A stretch of DNA of 64,000 bases from NCBI GenBank assembly GCA_013265495.1, contig MU057930.1:1442057-1506056 (forward strand), given 5' to 3'. Position 1 is the first letter of the stretch, and each line of letters begins with the position of its first letter. Source of the stretch: Vicugna vicugna (Eukaryota). Shown one piece after another: positions 1-11,739 of this stretch. Below the pieces are notes generated by a model that was given only the letters and a program-made list of their open reading frames with translations, did not search any database and had not been told where the DNA came from. Both the position numbers and the translations under genes were made by a program.

Positions 1-1497
1 AGTGAGTATTTAATTTTTATGAATTCTATTTTAAAACTTCATAAACTATTCTTCAGATTTTCTGGAGGCAGAAATTTTTTTGTCACCGTTCTTGTCTTTC
101 CTGCCTAAGAGTTCCCACATTCATCATCCGGCTGTTACTTTTACGCGTCTGCACAAAATAAGTGTACATTATTTTATTCTGGCCCTCAATCTGTTCACTA
201 ACTCCTAATGGGATTTTTTTTTTCCTCCCACTGTAAGTAATTGGTAAATTTTCACATGCGTATATACATTCAAGACGCTTCGCTACTGACAAATAATACA
301 TCATGATCTTCACACGGGTAAATCTACCATCTCTTCAAAAATTAAAGAGACTCGTTGAACGATCTGACATTTATTCATTCAGAAAATGTTCACAGGGTAA
401 TGGCTATACTTCAGTTTGGGACTCTACAGTGTGGATGGGAAGTCTGTTATGATGTAGGCGTGTCCGTGGTTATACCAGCCTCTTCACGACGGATCTTTAT
501 CAGCTGAACCTCACGTCTGGAAATAGGGCTTTAAAATATGACTCATTTTGGACATTTCACTTTCGCAGCCCCCTCCTTATAGTCCAGTAACGATATTTTT
601 TTTCCTCTAAGGTTCTAGACGTAAGACCAGGGTGTGGTCATCTCAGCATAAAGATGCCCATCCAGGTGGGCGGCTTCTCAAGGAGGGCCCTGCACGTAGA
701 TGTGGACTGGGCCAACATTCCAGCATGTCACTGGTGGGTAAAACTGACTCCTTTTGTGAACATGATGTAAGGTTTCACCCTGTCATTTGCCATTAGGAGA
801 TCTGACACATTTCTGTGGATGCCTGCCTGGGGCTTTGACTACGGTGTTCAGAAAGCTGGGTGGCTCCCTTCCCTGTCATTTCTTGCTGCCCTGGGGGTAC
901 TCGGCCAAAAAGACAGCGTGATCTTTGTTTTCAGCCCACAGAGCTGCAGAAAAATGCAGCACTAAAGGATGAAGGCCCGCTGCAAGATGAATGCATTCAT
1001 CTACAGACTTTTCTCGTGTTTCCCTGGGGAGGCAATAACGTTACTTGAAAATCCTGCCGGAACGTAACTTCCCCCGCGCACTGACTGTTTCCCCCTAACG
1101 TCTACTATTATGCCCCTTATTTTAAGGTAAGTGCATCCCTGTGAACAGTTACTACCTCTACCCACAAAGCAATTCCTGAATTATTACCTGGAATTTTATG
1201 CGTACGAATTTGTAAGTGAAAGCCAGCGAGACTTTTTTTTTCCACATATGAAAGCTTCACCTCACTGACAACTAAGGGGAATGCAAAAGCTTTCAATGTT
1301 ATAGATACTTTTATACTGATTTATAGACAAATCAATTAACACTGTCCACACCTGTAGTTTACTTTCAATACTTTAGTTACAATCAAAGAGATTGAAACGG
1401 ACTTTGACAGTGTAAGGGTGTTGGATAAGATGTAAAATGCAATAGAATAAAAAATAAGAACTTTGTACACTGGGGGAAGGCAAGGAGCTGGTACATT

Positions 1498-1903
1498 GAA
1501 AAAGAATGACATTCTGCCATTTGCAGCAACGCAGATGGAGTTCGAGAATATTAGGCTGGGTGAAGTCAGTCAGATAAAGACAGATGCTGTGTGATATCAC
1601 GTCCATGTGGAATCTAAGAAGTAAAACAAATGAACGTGTACAGCAAAACAGAAGCAGACTCACAGATCTAGAGAACAAACCTGTGGGGAGAGGGAAGGGG
1701 AAGGGGGAGGACGGGGGAGAGAATGAAGAGCTATAAACAATTAGGTACAAACTACACAAGCTACAAGGACACATTGTACAACACACGGAATGTAGACATT
1801 GTTTTGGAATAACTTTAAGTGGAGTGTGAGCTATAAAAAATATTGAATTGGGTTGTATTCCTGAAACTAATACAATATTACAAATTATACTTCAATTTAA
1901 AAA
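1498..1903 (+). mobile_element. 5'-truncated L1 3' end (ORF2 C-terminal tail + 3'UTR)
   Basis: Typical L1 tail motifs 'attctgccatttgcagcaac', 'tgtggaatctaa', 'cagactcacaga', ending 'ttatacttcaatttaaaaa'. Confidence 0.9.
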
Positions 1904-4900
1904 CGAGAGAGCTGACAGTAAAGAGAAGACTGGAATGAGCTCGGGTTCCTGGGGGTTGCAGAAATAAACCAGCATGTGCGGATGTCCTGATTTTTGCTAT
2001 CAGGACCCCGTGTGCTCCTGGCTTCAATAGGTACATGATGGGCATGTGGTCTGAAACTTAAGGTATCCCAGGTGTGTTGTAACTCATGGCTCGTCTGCCC
2101 TCATCTTCACCTGGGATCTTAAGACACTTCCTGTTCCTCATTCTGCCTCAGCTCTCTCAGTCCCTCATTTGAGGGTGCTCCGTGCAGCCCTGCTTCCTAG
2201 GACTACATCTCAACAGTAAAAGTCACTTTGCATATGGGCGTGATCTCCCATCAGCAAAGAATGTGTTTAAGTGCAAAGACGCTGAGAAGGAGTTGATGAG
2301 GAGATTTCTGGAGACTGCGGAGTGGAAATTTTTGTACTTCCTTATTACATTCCACGTTCGTCTGCTCCAAACACTCTTCTTCCATTCTTTGCCTCAGAAT
2401 CCCACAGACTCCTAGGAAACAGAATTGAATTGACCCACCTCCTTTCAGATGCCCCTGCATGGACCTAATGCCTTGAGCTCTTACGAGGAAACATATGGGC
2501 ACCATATTCTCTGTCATCTCTTGGGACAGAGGGTGGAAAGCAATTTCTAGAAGATGTGATGAGTACTGTGACCAACAAAAATGCCCCAATCCAAGATAGA
2601 AGCAAAGGGTTAGCAGATTGAAAGCACATCCTAACTCATCCCAAATGGGAAATGAAGAGATAGGCAGAGCCATATATTACCCATGCATTATTCACCTCAT
2701 TTAGTCTTCTGAGTGACAGATTTCACAAAAAAATAGAAAGAATGAATGGGTGCGATTCTCATGCTGTTTGCACAGAGACAGCAGTTGTGATCATAACAGG
2801 AGAAGTCTGGGTTGCTGAACCGCAAAGTTTCCCACTGGGCGTTACATTGAGTCACACTAACATCCCCAAAAGGCGTATATTAGCGCACACACGGTTTTCA
2901 CCTAATCGTGAAGAGTTACGGGGTACCACGCCGACAGCACAATGCGTAAAACAGAACGATGCATCTGGCAGCAGTGCCCATGAGAGAAGACAGAACACAC
3001 TCCCTGGGGCAGCCACGGTGGTGACGTTTGCAGACATCTTGGTGGCACTGGGACCACAGTGTTATATTTCAAGAGCAATTATCTGTGTAAGGTCTGGAGT
3101 TCATTTCCTCTTCGTGCTCCCTGGGACCTGGGGCCCTGGCAGGTGCAGAGGCATAGAAGAGGGACCCGTCTTAGACCTGAGTCTTCTAGCGATGGGGAGG
3201 TTGCCACGGTGATCGTGTAACAGAGGAACAGAGCGCCCTCTGGGATATTTTCACTCTGCCTTTACATCCCTACCTGGATGGGTGTGGAGAGCATGAATCA
3301 ATACTTGGCTGCGTCATTAATTGCATAGTTAACGGACCCCTGTTAATCAAGGGTCAGGCATTTTAATATGTACCTTGCAATATGTCCCTTGTAAATGCTA
3401 GTTCAACATTTCAGTGTATAAATGAACTGTCTCAACCTCCGTGACTCTGCCTGGCATTTTGTTTTTCTGTCCCCAGAGAGGGAGATGTAGTCTGAACATT
3501 TAGCTCTTTAGCAGGATTTATGTAAATTGCAAGCCGTTATGCCCCCAAACAATACTGTTTATCGTACACCAGATGATGTTAGAAAGATAGTCAGCTCATC
3601 TGAAAGATAAGTGAAACACTGCACCCTTTTCTGTTTATCTGCTGGGTATAATCTTTCATAATTCAATCCAAAAACAAATTTCCATAGTAACATAATTTTT
3701 TTTTTAAGAGGCACTGACCCGTCAGGTTGCAGGTTCTCAGTCATAAGCTGGCAGCTGTCCTTGGGGGAAGATAAAAATAAACCCCACATTTATGCAAAAC
3801 ATCTCAACATATTCCTTTTTTGTTTTTCACAAAATGTGTTTTGAAATAGATGTTTCAATAACGTTCTTATTATTAAGATCCTTGACATTTATCTCCATGC
3901 ATTTGTTGTGGAACGAGTTCATCATACCCCAAAGTATCTACATTTCAAACATTTCGTGGCTCTAATTGCAACATTGACCACCATCAATTTCCATTTTCTG
4001 CAGCGTGTAGGGTCGGTCTCAGACACACCGTGATGACATTAATGTTTCTCACTTTTGCTCTCCTCTTTTTGAAAATGCCCCCCTCCCCCATCCTCGCGTC
4101 CTGTTTTCCAGATTCCAGCCAAGACACTGGGAACATCTGATGTCAGGAGAGCTACCCTTTGTTAAGATCATCTCCATTTCGATAGGCGAATACCTGACTT
4201 TTAACTTTAAAATTCCTAAGCCAACAGTCTCTAAAGGAGACACGTTAAGCATGTTGACTATTTTGTCATGGAGATATTAAGGACTAAGCATTCTACTCAA
4301 TCAGGCCCTGCCCTCTGAGTACACCACTGCCCTTGGAATTGCCTGATTTATGGGCTAGGGATTAAAAAAATTAATCATCCCCAAGGAAACAAAATGCTGA
4401 AGGCATTATCATCCAATGGATCCCCTATCAGATGGTCAATGATCTATTTGATCTGACAGAGAATGGAGTCCAGGAGCCTTTGGGGAGAACAGACACCTAG
4501 GATTTTCTGAACGGATGCTTGTCATTCCTTGCAGGTTATCATCTCACGTAGAAAACCTCTCCCACGCTCCTTGCAAACTGGTTTATAATCATACGGGCGA
4601 GGGTCCTATGGAGCAGCACAGTGTGGACATTTTCTGGACTTTTCCTGGGCACCTCAAACCCCCAGCAGGAATGACCTTTTCCACTGGCATCGGTGTGGAT
4701 TTGACTGACCTCACTCTGGCCTGAGAAATGGTCACTACGTTTATGTATTTACTCGTTTCATCAAAGTAAGCTCACCTCCAGGTCCCGTGGCAGGGTTCTA
4801 GGGAAACCAAGGATGGATGGGCATCACTGGCACTTGAATGGGAAACTGCCAGCCCCAAAGGTTAGCGGAGGAAAGTATTGGGGTGTCATTGAGTCTAAAG

Positions 4901-5004
4901 TATTTGGGGACGACCCTCCAGTCATTGTTTGATCTACTGAGGCCCACCCGAGATGTGGCTACGGCGTATATGAGTGTTTCTTAGGTGGAAGTACGATGTG
5001 GTGT

Positions 5005-5185
5005 TGTGGACCCCAGGGGACATCTGACGAGGACTGGGGACACTTTGACTTGCGGGAGCACCACAATACCTGGTGGCGAGAACCAGAGGTGCCCCTAAAA
5101 CTCCCACTGTGCACACGGCAGTCCCTACCCAGAACAGAGAAGTGTCCTGCCCAAATATCCCTAGTGTCAAGGCTGAGAAACTTTG
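5005..5185 (+). mobile_element. MER20-like hAT DNA transposon fossil
   Basis: 'ccccaggggacatctg...cctgcccaaatatccctagtgtcaaggctgagaaac' follows the recalled MER20 consensus along its length. Confidence 0.8.
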
Positions 5186-5600
5186 CTCCAAACCCACATA
5201 TTCCTTCTACGGGAAGAGACGGGACTCTGTGCCTTTGATACCTTGCTCTGGTCTCGAAGACCAAATGTCTTAATTCCAGCCTCCCTTAATTTAAAAAAAA
5301 AAAATTGCCTTTTTACTGAAGATTCTGCCATCTTCCCTGGCACCTTTGATCAAGTTGTTGATTACCATCTATTTTATGAGAATTTACAGAATCTTCCAGT
5401 TTCACTTTTTTTCCCCCCTGTTCCACATATTCAGTCATAGCTCCCTTGTCTGGTTCCTGGAGAAACATTTAGACTCTAACAAAATGTTGTTCACACCCTA
5501 GTCTTCTGAGTCCCACCCACGTATTCCACAAGTTTCTCCTCTGCCCACCAGAAGAAAATGCTTCACTTTAACTGTCGACACAATTCTTTCTATTTTTGAA

Positions 5601-5713
5601 TTGTTTTATCTTGGTGGGGCGGGGGGAGGTAACTAGGTTTATTTATTTTTAGAGGAGGTACTGGGGATGGAACCCAGGACCTCACAGGTGCTAAGCACAC
5701 GCTCTACCCTCCG
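5601..5713 (-). mobile_element. tRNA-derived SINE (Vic-1-like), internally deleted
   Basis: Reverse complement reads 'ggtagagcgtgtgcttagcacctgtgaggtcctgggttccatccccagtacctcctctaaaaataaataaacc' with a B-box-like motif and an A-rich tail; similar to copies at 47482 and 60988. Confidence 0.85.
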
Positions 5714-6801
5714 CCTTGACACAATCCTTTGACTGGGAAGTCCACCCTGCAAAACGATTTTCAAAGGAAGACTGAACGATACCGAAGTGTTAATAGCTGT
5801 TTGCATTAAAATCAGTGGTACGCATCACTTTTTATTCTTCTTATGTATACCTTTCTATGGTTCATAAATGTTTCACTACAAATATTTGACATTCCAAACT
5901 AAATTAGGTACCCGATTCTCAGTTGTCCTAAGCAATATTTTCTATCTGGATGGCACAACGTATCCTACGTTATTCTCAAACTTAGCTTGTGTGAAGACAG
6001 TTACTTCTTAAAAATGATATTTCAGTAATAATGCATGTACGTTTTTTTTAAACAATACATGACCCCATTTACATTATGTTTGGCTGGCTTTATAAAAAAA
6101 ACCAGCAAGATTTCCAGCATCACCATTTACAACTGCATTTACTGGCTCTATTCCTAGTCTAATTTCTAATACGACCTTATAGTTCACAGAAACGTTAGCT
6201 GTTTGGATGTTGCACTCCGTGTCTTCAATTATGTGAAATCTAAAGCCTTTCTGAAAAAAATAATCGTTGTGATTGTGTAACTCTGTTTAGCTCCTCGAAG
6301 AACCCTGTGAAACCCTAATTAAATGCTCCTCTCTGTAGTTCGTTTCAATGATCAGAAGCAGATAGATCTGGGAACTTAGAAGATTGAAAACCAAAAGATC
6401 AGAAAACCGTTTGAGAGACTCACGGCAAACGAGAGAACTCAGACCAAACTTTGCACTGAAAAATCACTAGAAGAACTAGACAAAATAATTTTTTTTAATG
6501 CTACAATAGGTATCGGGTCCTTATCCAGGGCAGTTAGTGGTGATTCTCTCCTAATTCTTGAAGAGGCATTTGAGAGGCTGCAAAGTTGAGGAAACATTTC
6601 AATGGCCTCATAAATTTGAAGGGGAAAATTGAGTGCAGTGCCCACAGGCACTGATAAACCTCCCATGCCTTGGATTGAAATTCCTAAAAGCTATACCCTA
6701 GGAGTAAGTGTGAACTAGAACAAGCCTGGCCAGCAGCACAGGTAAAACCCAGTCAGTCCCATGAAACATGTCACGGTGACCTCGGGTTGGCAGTGCCCGC
6801 A

Positions 6802-6813
6802 GCCACCTAGTGG
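6802..6813 (-). promoter_or_regulatory. Candidate CTCF core motif CCACTAGGTGGC
   Basis: Plus strand gccacctagtgg; the reverse complement matches the CTCF core consensus CCACYAGRKGGC. Motif only, binding is unknown. Confidence 0.45.
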
Positions 6814-8582
6814 CAGGAACCGCAATTTCTTTTCTGAATGAAGATAAAATCCTTCCAGACCTAAAATTGATTCATGTTTTTCCATGGCTGAGGTCTGCTG
6901 CTCAATTCGAAATGCTTAGGTGCTGGATGAGATGAAAATCAAACCACCAAAAACCAAGAGAAAGAATAGTTAGCAACACACAGAGGAATGAGGAGTGAGA
7001 ATGTTCCCCTGTCTGCAACTGAATTAAAAAGGAAATACAGATAAAACATGTGTGTATGTGTGTGTGTGTGTGTATATAGATATGATTTTACTGTAGAGAA
7101 ATTTTGAAGCTCACAGAAACAAAAGTGGCCAACCTAACACACGCATAACATTCCATTTGAAAAATGCCAAATATGTTTTCATGTCAAGGGTGTGTGGAAT
7201 ACTTACAAAATGTACCATGTTTTGGCTATATGGCAAATTTGAGCAAAATTTGAAAGATGTGCAAACTTGAAGAATAGATTTACTGGCTGTAGGGAGACTC
7301 CTAGCCATCAGTGACCAAATATAATAACAAAATTAAGATGCTTGAAAACTAGGAAAGTGTATTTTTAAATACTATGTGTCGAAAAGAGATTAAAGGGTAT
7401 TTTAAATAAATGGTAATGAAAATGTGTTGCCTGCTTATGAAAGATGCTCAGAGCAATGTGTAAATACTTTGTTCTTGTTGTTACATGTGGATATGTGCCC
7501 TTACGGCTAAAAATCCCTCTCTCTTTCTGCACTAAAGACGTCTAACACTTTCCCTCTGAGTTGAGAATGAAACAAAGTAGGCTTTTATCAGCGTTTCTAT
7601 TCAACATTACATAAACACGAGAAAAGACAATCAAAAAGAAAGAAAGATGTGAAGATGGGAATACAAAACTGTCATTATCTGCAGATGGCTATGTATATTC
7701 AAAAAAATCCAAAATAATTTACACAAGGATGATAAGAATTAATAAATAAGTTCCATGGGGCTCCTTGATACAATGTTGATCCTCAGATTTTATTAATTTT
7801 ATCTATAGATCAGCAACTGAAATGTAAAACATTGTATCTATGTATCAAAGTACTGAATACATGTATCTGATTCTAACAAAAGGTGTGAAAGATTCCATGA
7901 TTTCTATGTTGACTGCTTATACAATGTTATTAAGGTAAATTAGGAAGACAGGAAATAATGTACATAGTGTGCATGAAATGTAAAACACAATAAAATAAAA
8001 ATATCAATGTTACTTCAAGTTGACGTATAGGTTAAATATAACTCTATAAAATACTAGCCAATGACCCTAAAATTTGTGTGACTATCCAGATGATCAAGGA
8101 AAGGAAATCTATTCTTAAAGTAGGAAACAAAGTTTGCAAACTTACTCTACCATAGTTCAAGACATTAGTTTTCTACGAAAAGACTGTATGGAACTGGCAA
8201 AAGATAGAAGAAATAGATCAATATCAGAGATTTATGGCCAAGGGGAAATGGCAGAGCTGTGGGAGAAAGAACTACCTTTTCAAGAAATGGTGCTCGTTTC
8301 AACGGACCCCCAAAGAGAAGAAAAGGAAACTTGATCTGCATGTCAGCCCATCCAGAAATACCAAACTCATCAAACCCACAATGATCCTGGTTGTACCTGT
8401 GAACAATGACTCAGTATATCTCATACGGTGAAATGGAAGAAAATATCTTCGTGAAATTGGCACAAGGAAAAATTTCTTAAGCAGGACTGCAATAGCACTC
8501 ACCATAAAGAAAATGTGATACATTAAACTATGTGAAAGTTAAGAATTTCCACTCATCAAAGTTATTATTAAGAAAGTAAAAA

Positions 8583-8993
8583 CAGACACAGAAAGCAAAC
8601 TATGGTTCCTGTGTGACGGAGGTGCTGTGCTGTACACCAGAAATTGACACAACACTGTAAACTGATTGTACTGTAATAAAAATACATTAAAACTGAAAAA
8701 AAACCCATAAACTATGGTGACCCAAGGGACAAGGGTGGGGGGACAGATAAATTAGGAGTTTAGGATTAACAGATACAAACTACGACACATAAAATAAGTA
8801 AACAACAAGGAACGACCTTATAGCACAGGGAACTATATTCAGTGTCTTGTAACAAGCTATAATGAAAAACAATATGAAAATATATGTACATACATACAAA
8901 TATATACATATAACTGAATCACTTTGCTGTACACCTGAAATTAACATTGTAAATCAACTACACTTCAATAAAACAAAGTTTTTTTTTTAAAAA
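8583..8993 (+). mobile_element. Two head-to-tail young L1 3' tails
   Basis: Two 'tgtacacc..aaatt..ac...tgtaaa...aataaaa' termini (~8680 and ~8970); the first copy is internally deleted. Confidence 0.85.
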
Positions 8994-9053
8994 AGGATAA
9001 AAGCCAGCCACACAGTTTGAGAAAAGAGACAGCTTGTTTAGTTAGCTATCTGA

Positions 9054-9442
9054 ATGGATGGATGGATGGATGGATGGATGGATGGATGGATGGATTGATT
9101 GATGGATGGATGGATGGGCGGGCAGATGGATAGAGGAATGGTTGGATGGATGGATGATTGGAAGACGGATGGATGGATGGACAGATGGACAGATGGACCA
9201 ATGGATGCATGGACGGATAGATGGACAAATGGACAGATGGATGGATGGATGGATAGATGGATGGATGAATGAATGGATGGATGGATGAATGGATGGATGG
9301 ATGGATGGGCAGATGACATAGAGACAGATAATGATAGATCAGATGATATGCAATAGATGACAGATAAACGTATAGACTGATAGATGAGACAGAAAGATAT
9401 AGATAAAATGACACATGAGACAGATCTACAGATAGATAGATG
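9054..9442 (+). repeat. (GGAT)n simple repeat grading into degenerate (GATA/GACA)n
   Basis: Directly visible tandem ggat units. Confidence 0.97.
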
Positions 9443-9639
9443 CCAGCTGCCAAGAAAGTACATGTATGTACAAATTTCTATTATTGGGGAAAGATGATAC
9501 CCTTAACTGTGGATCATATAATTGCCCCCAAAGTTTGCTTCCTCATAAGTTTCAAAGGAACAATTCACCTAAGAGTATATGAACCATTAACGAACTAGTT
9601 AAGTACTTTTAAACATATATTGCAACTGCAGAAAATCAC

Positions 9640-10037
9640 AGAAAAAACGTAACAATATCACCCAATTATTAAAAAATAAAAAAACCAAAGAGCCTTGTAA
9701 CTAACAGCCTAGGTCAAGAAAGTGAACATTTCTCTGAACCCCGAAGTCCACCATGTGCCAGTTCCCACATCCTCTTAGGCGTTGGATTCCTTCTACTCAG
9801 TACCATGTTTGTGAGATTAATCCACGTTGGTGTGCATCCCACTGGTCTCTGCCTTTTCATTGCGGTCTAGAATTACACGGAGTCTATTAATCTATTTCAC
9901 GGTGGATGGACCTTCTCCCATTTTGGACTGGCTATGGATAACACTGTAACATGCAATTTAAAAATATCTCCTCAGATGCACGTATGCAAGGATCTTGGTG
10001 GGCATACACCGAGCCACAGAATTTCTAGGTCACGGGA
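9640..10037 (-). mobile_element. Ancient L1 (L1ME-like) 3' fragment
   Basis: 'catgtttgtgagattaatccacgttg', 'ggtggatggac', 'agaatttctaggtcacgggatat' resemble the antisense L1 ORF2 end/3'UTR. Confidence 0.6.
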
Positions 10038-10240
10038 TATGGTAGACAGCACAGTGGATCTCCAAAAACGTTCCCGACCTAATTCCAAACACCTGTGAAT
10101 ATGTTTCCTTACACAGCACATCTCGTCTTTGACTCTGACCCCACTGCCTTCCTCTTACAAGGACACGGTGATTACACTGGCCCTCCCAGATAATTCAGGA
10201 TGGAAAAAAGCCTTACGTTCTTAATCAGACTTTAAAATGT
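10038..10240. mobile_element. MLT1 (MaLR) LTR 5' fragment with internal inversion
   Basis: 10038-10118 matches the MLT1 LTR start in + orientation ('cctgtgaatatgtttccttaca'); 10119-10240 matches the following LTR segment in - orientation ('gtgattacactggccctcccagataattcaggat'). Confidence 0.7.
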
Positions 10241-10998
10241 TTGCTCCAACCTATCTGCAAGTAACTACAGAAAAGCTATGTGTAGTCTATTTATACATCA
10301 TGGAGGGAAGTAGTCAATTTTTAATTTTTTTTTTGGACCCAGGTTTTAGGAGTACTGAGTCTGTAAGAAAATAAGAAAGACCAGCGTTATTCTTCCCCCA
10401 GTAGCTGATTTCTGAAATGGCCATCACGCTGTACTCGACGGAAATCAGCTCTGCCCCCTCCGTGTTCCGTCAGCATTCTCAGCTTTGAGGACCTCAGCAG
10501 ACAAGTGGATGTTCCCCTTAATCATGGTCTGGGGAGAGGCAGTGTGATTTTGCAACCACGGGGATGGAGTTCTTTGCAAGCGCACTTCAAAAGAGGCTCT
10601 TCTTCTAGTAGCTAAAACACTGAGGCTATCTCAACAGCATGGTAGACCCAGAAATATTTATAAAATGCAGCGCGTACCTCTGATATGTGTTCTAATTTTT
10701 TAAAAGCTTACTTTTTACAAGTGGTAAAAGGATGACAACTTCTATTTGTATTTTCATTGTCTCACACTGAAGTCTTGGAGGGGAAAATCATTCTCGTCTC
10801 AAGGAGCCATGAATGCAACCATCCACCCAAGTGTGGAATTCTCAAAAGAAAAACAAAACTTCAATGGTTTCCAACTGAAATGGCTTATCACGTTTAATAG
10901 AAGTTATTTATTAGTGTTTTAGATTTATCACTTAGAAAGATTTGCATTGACTAATATATATCATTTCACTATCAAAATTCACCGTAAGACATTCCTCT

Positions 10999-11204
10999 CT
11001 AACTACTATATATAAAACAGATAAACAAGTTTATACGGTACAGCACAGGGAACTATATTCAGTATCTTGCAATAATTTATGGTGAAACAAAATATGAAAA
11101 CGAATATATGGACGTTCATATATGACTGAAGTATTACACTGTACACGAGAAACTGACACATTGTAAAGTGACTATACGTCAATAAAAATATATTTCAAAA
11201 AAAA
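10999..11204 (+). mobile_element. Young L1 3'UTR tail
   Basis: 'actactatatataaaacagataaacaag...agcacagggaactatattcagtatcttg...caataaaaa'. Confidence 0.9.
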
Positions 11205-11739
11205 GAGTGAATGTAAAAAGTCACTTAATATGCTTCTAACTTTAATAAGCCCATTCATATTCTGGTATCTAAAAATCCCTGCAAGTTTTAATTTTAACCT
11301 TTGCTTATGTTCATCCAGAAAAATCTCTGCGGGTCCCTCTGGGCAAGGCAGAGAGGTAACTCTGAGTTTCATCATATACTTTATGAATTAATTACAGGAT
11401 CTTTTCTCAAGAATATTTCCTCCTTAGGGAAACAGTTCTGCACTGATGAATTGCCATGAGTTTGAACATTGTACAAAACATGGGATTTTCCACAATATTT
11501 ATGTTTTTGCCAGGCAGATCTAGAAAATTCCCCCCTTTATAGATCAAGCAGCGTCTATGAGGCTATTTTATTTTCTGAGGTCCAATGATCAGGTAGCCCT
11601 TATTAGAGACTGAATTTCAACGTACCCTATTCTACTGTCCCATGGTATAGTTTACCCATGATATCAGAAGATTAAGTGCCCACAGTACCCTATATATCCA
11701 TGACCCCTTGACTCAAAAATTGAGATCAAACACTGAGGA

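Larger units (their letters stand above)
6400..9035 (+). mobile_element. Ancient decayed L1 (5'UTR-like region plus ORF2 fragments), interrupted near its end by younger L1 tails
   Basis: 'ctataccctaggagtaag' old-L1 5' motif; RT remnants at ~7545-7720 ('tttctattcaacatt' ~LFNI, 'aaactgtcattatctgcagatg' ~KLSLFADD); ORF2 3' motifs resume after 8995. Confidence 0.7.

Noticed and set aside
9038..9463. ORFs rich in IHPS / MDGW
   Set aside because: Translations of the (GGAT)n repeat.
10403..10450. Hairpin agctgatttc...gaaatcagct as a possible pre-miRNA
   Set aside because: Only a 10-12 bp stem with a large loop; too short and plausible by chance.
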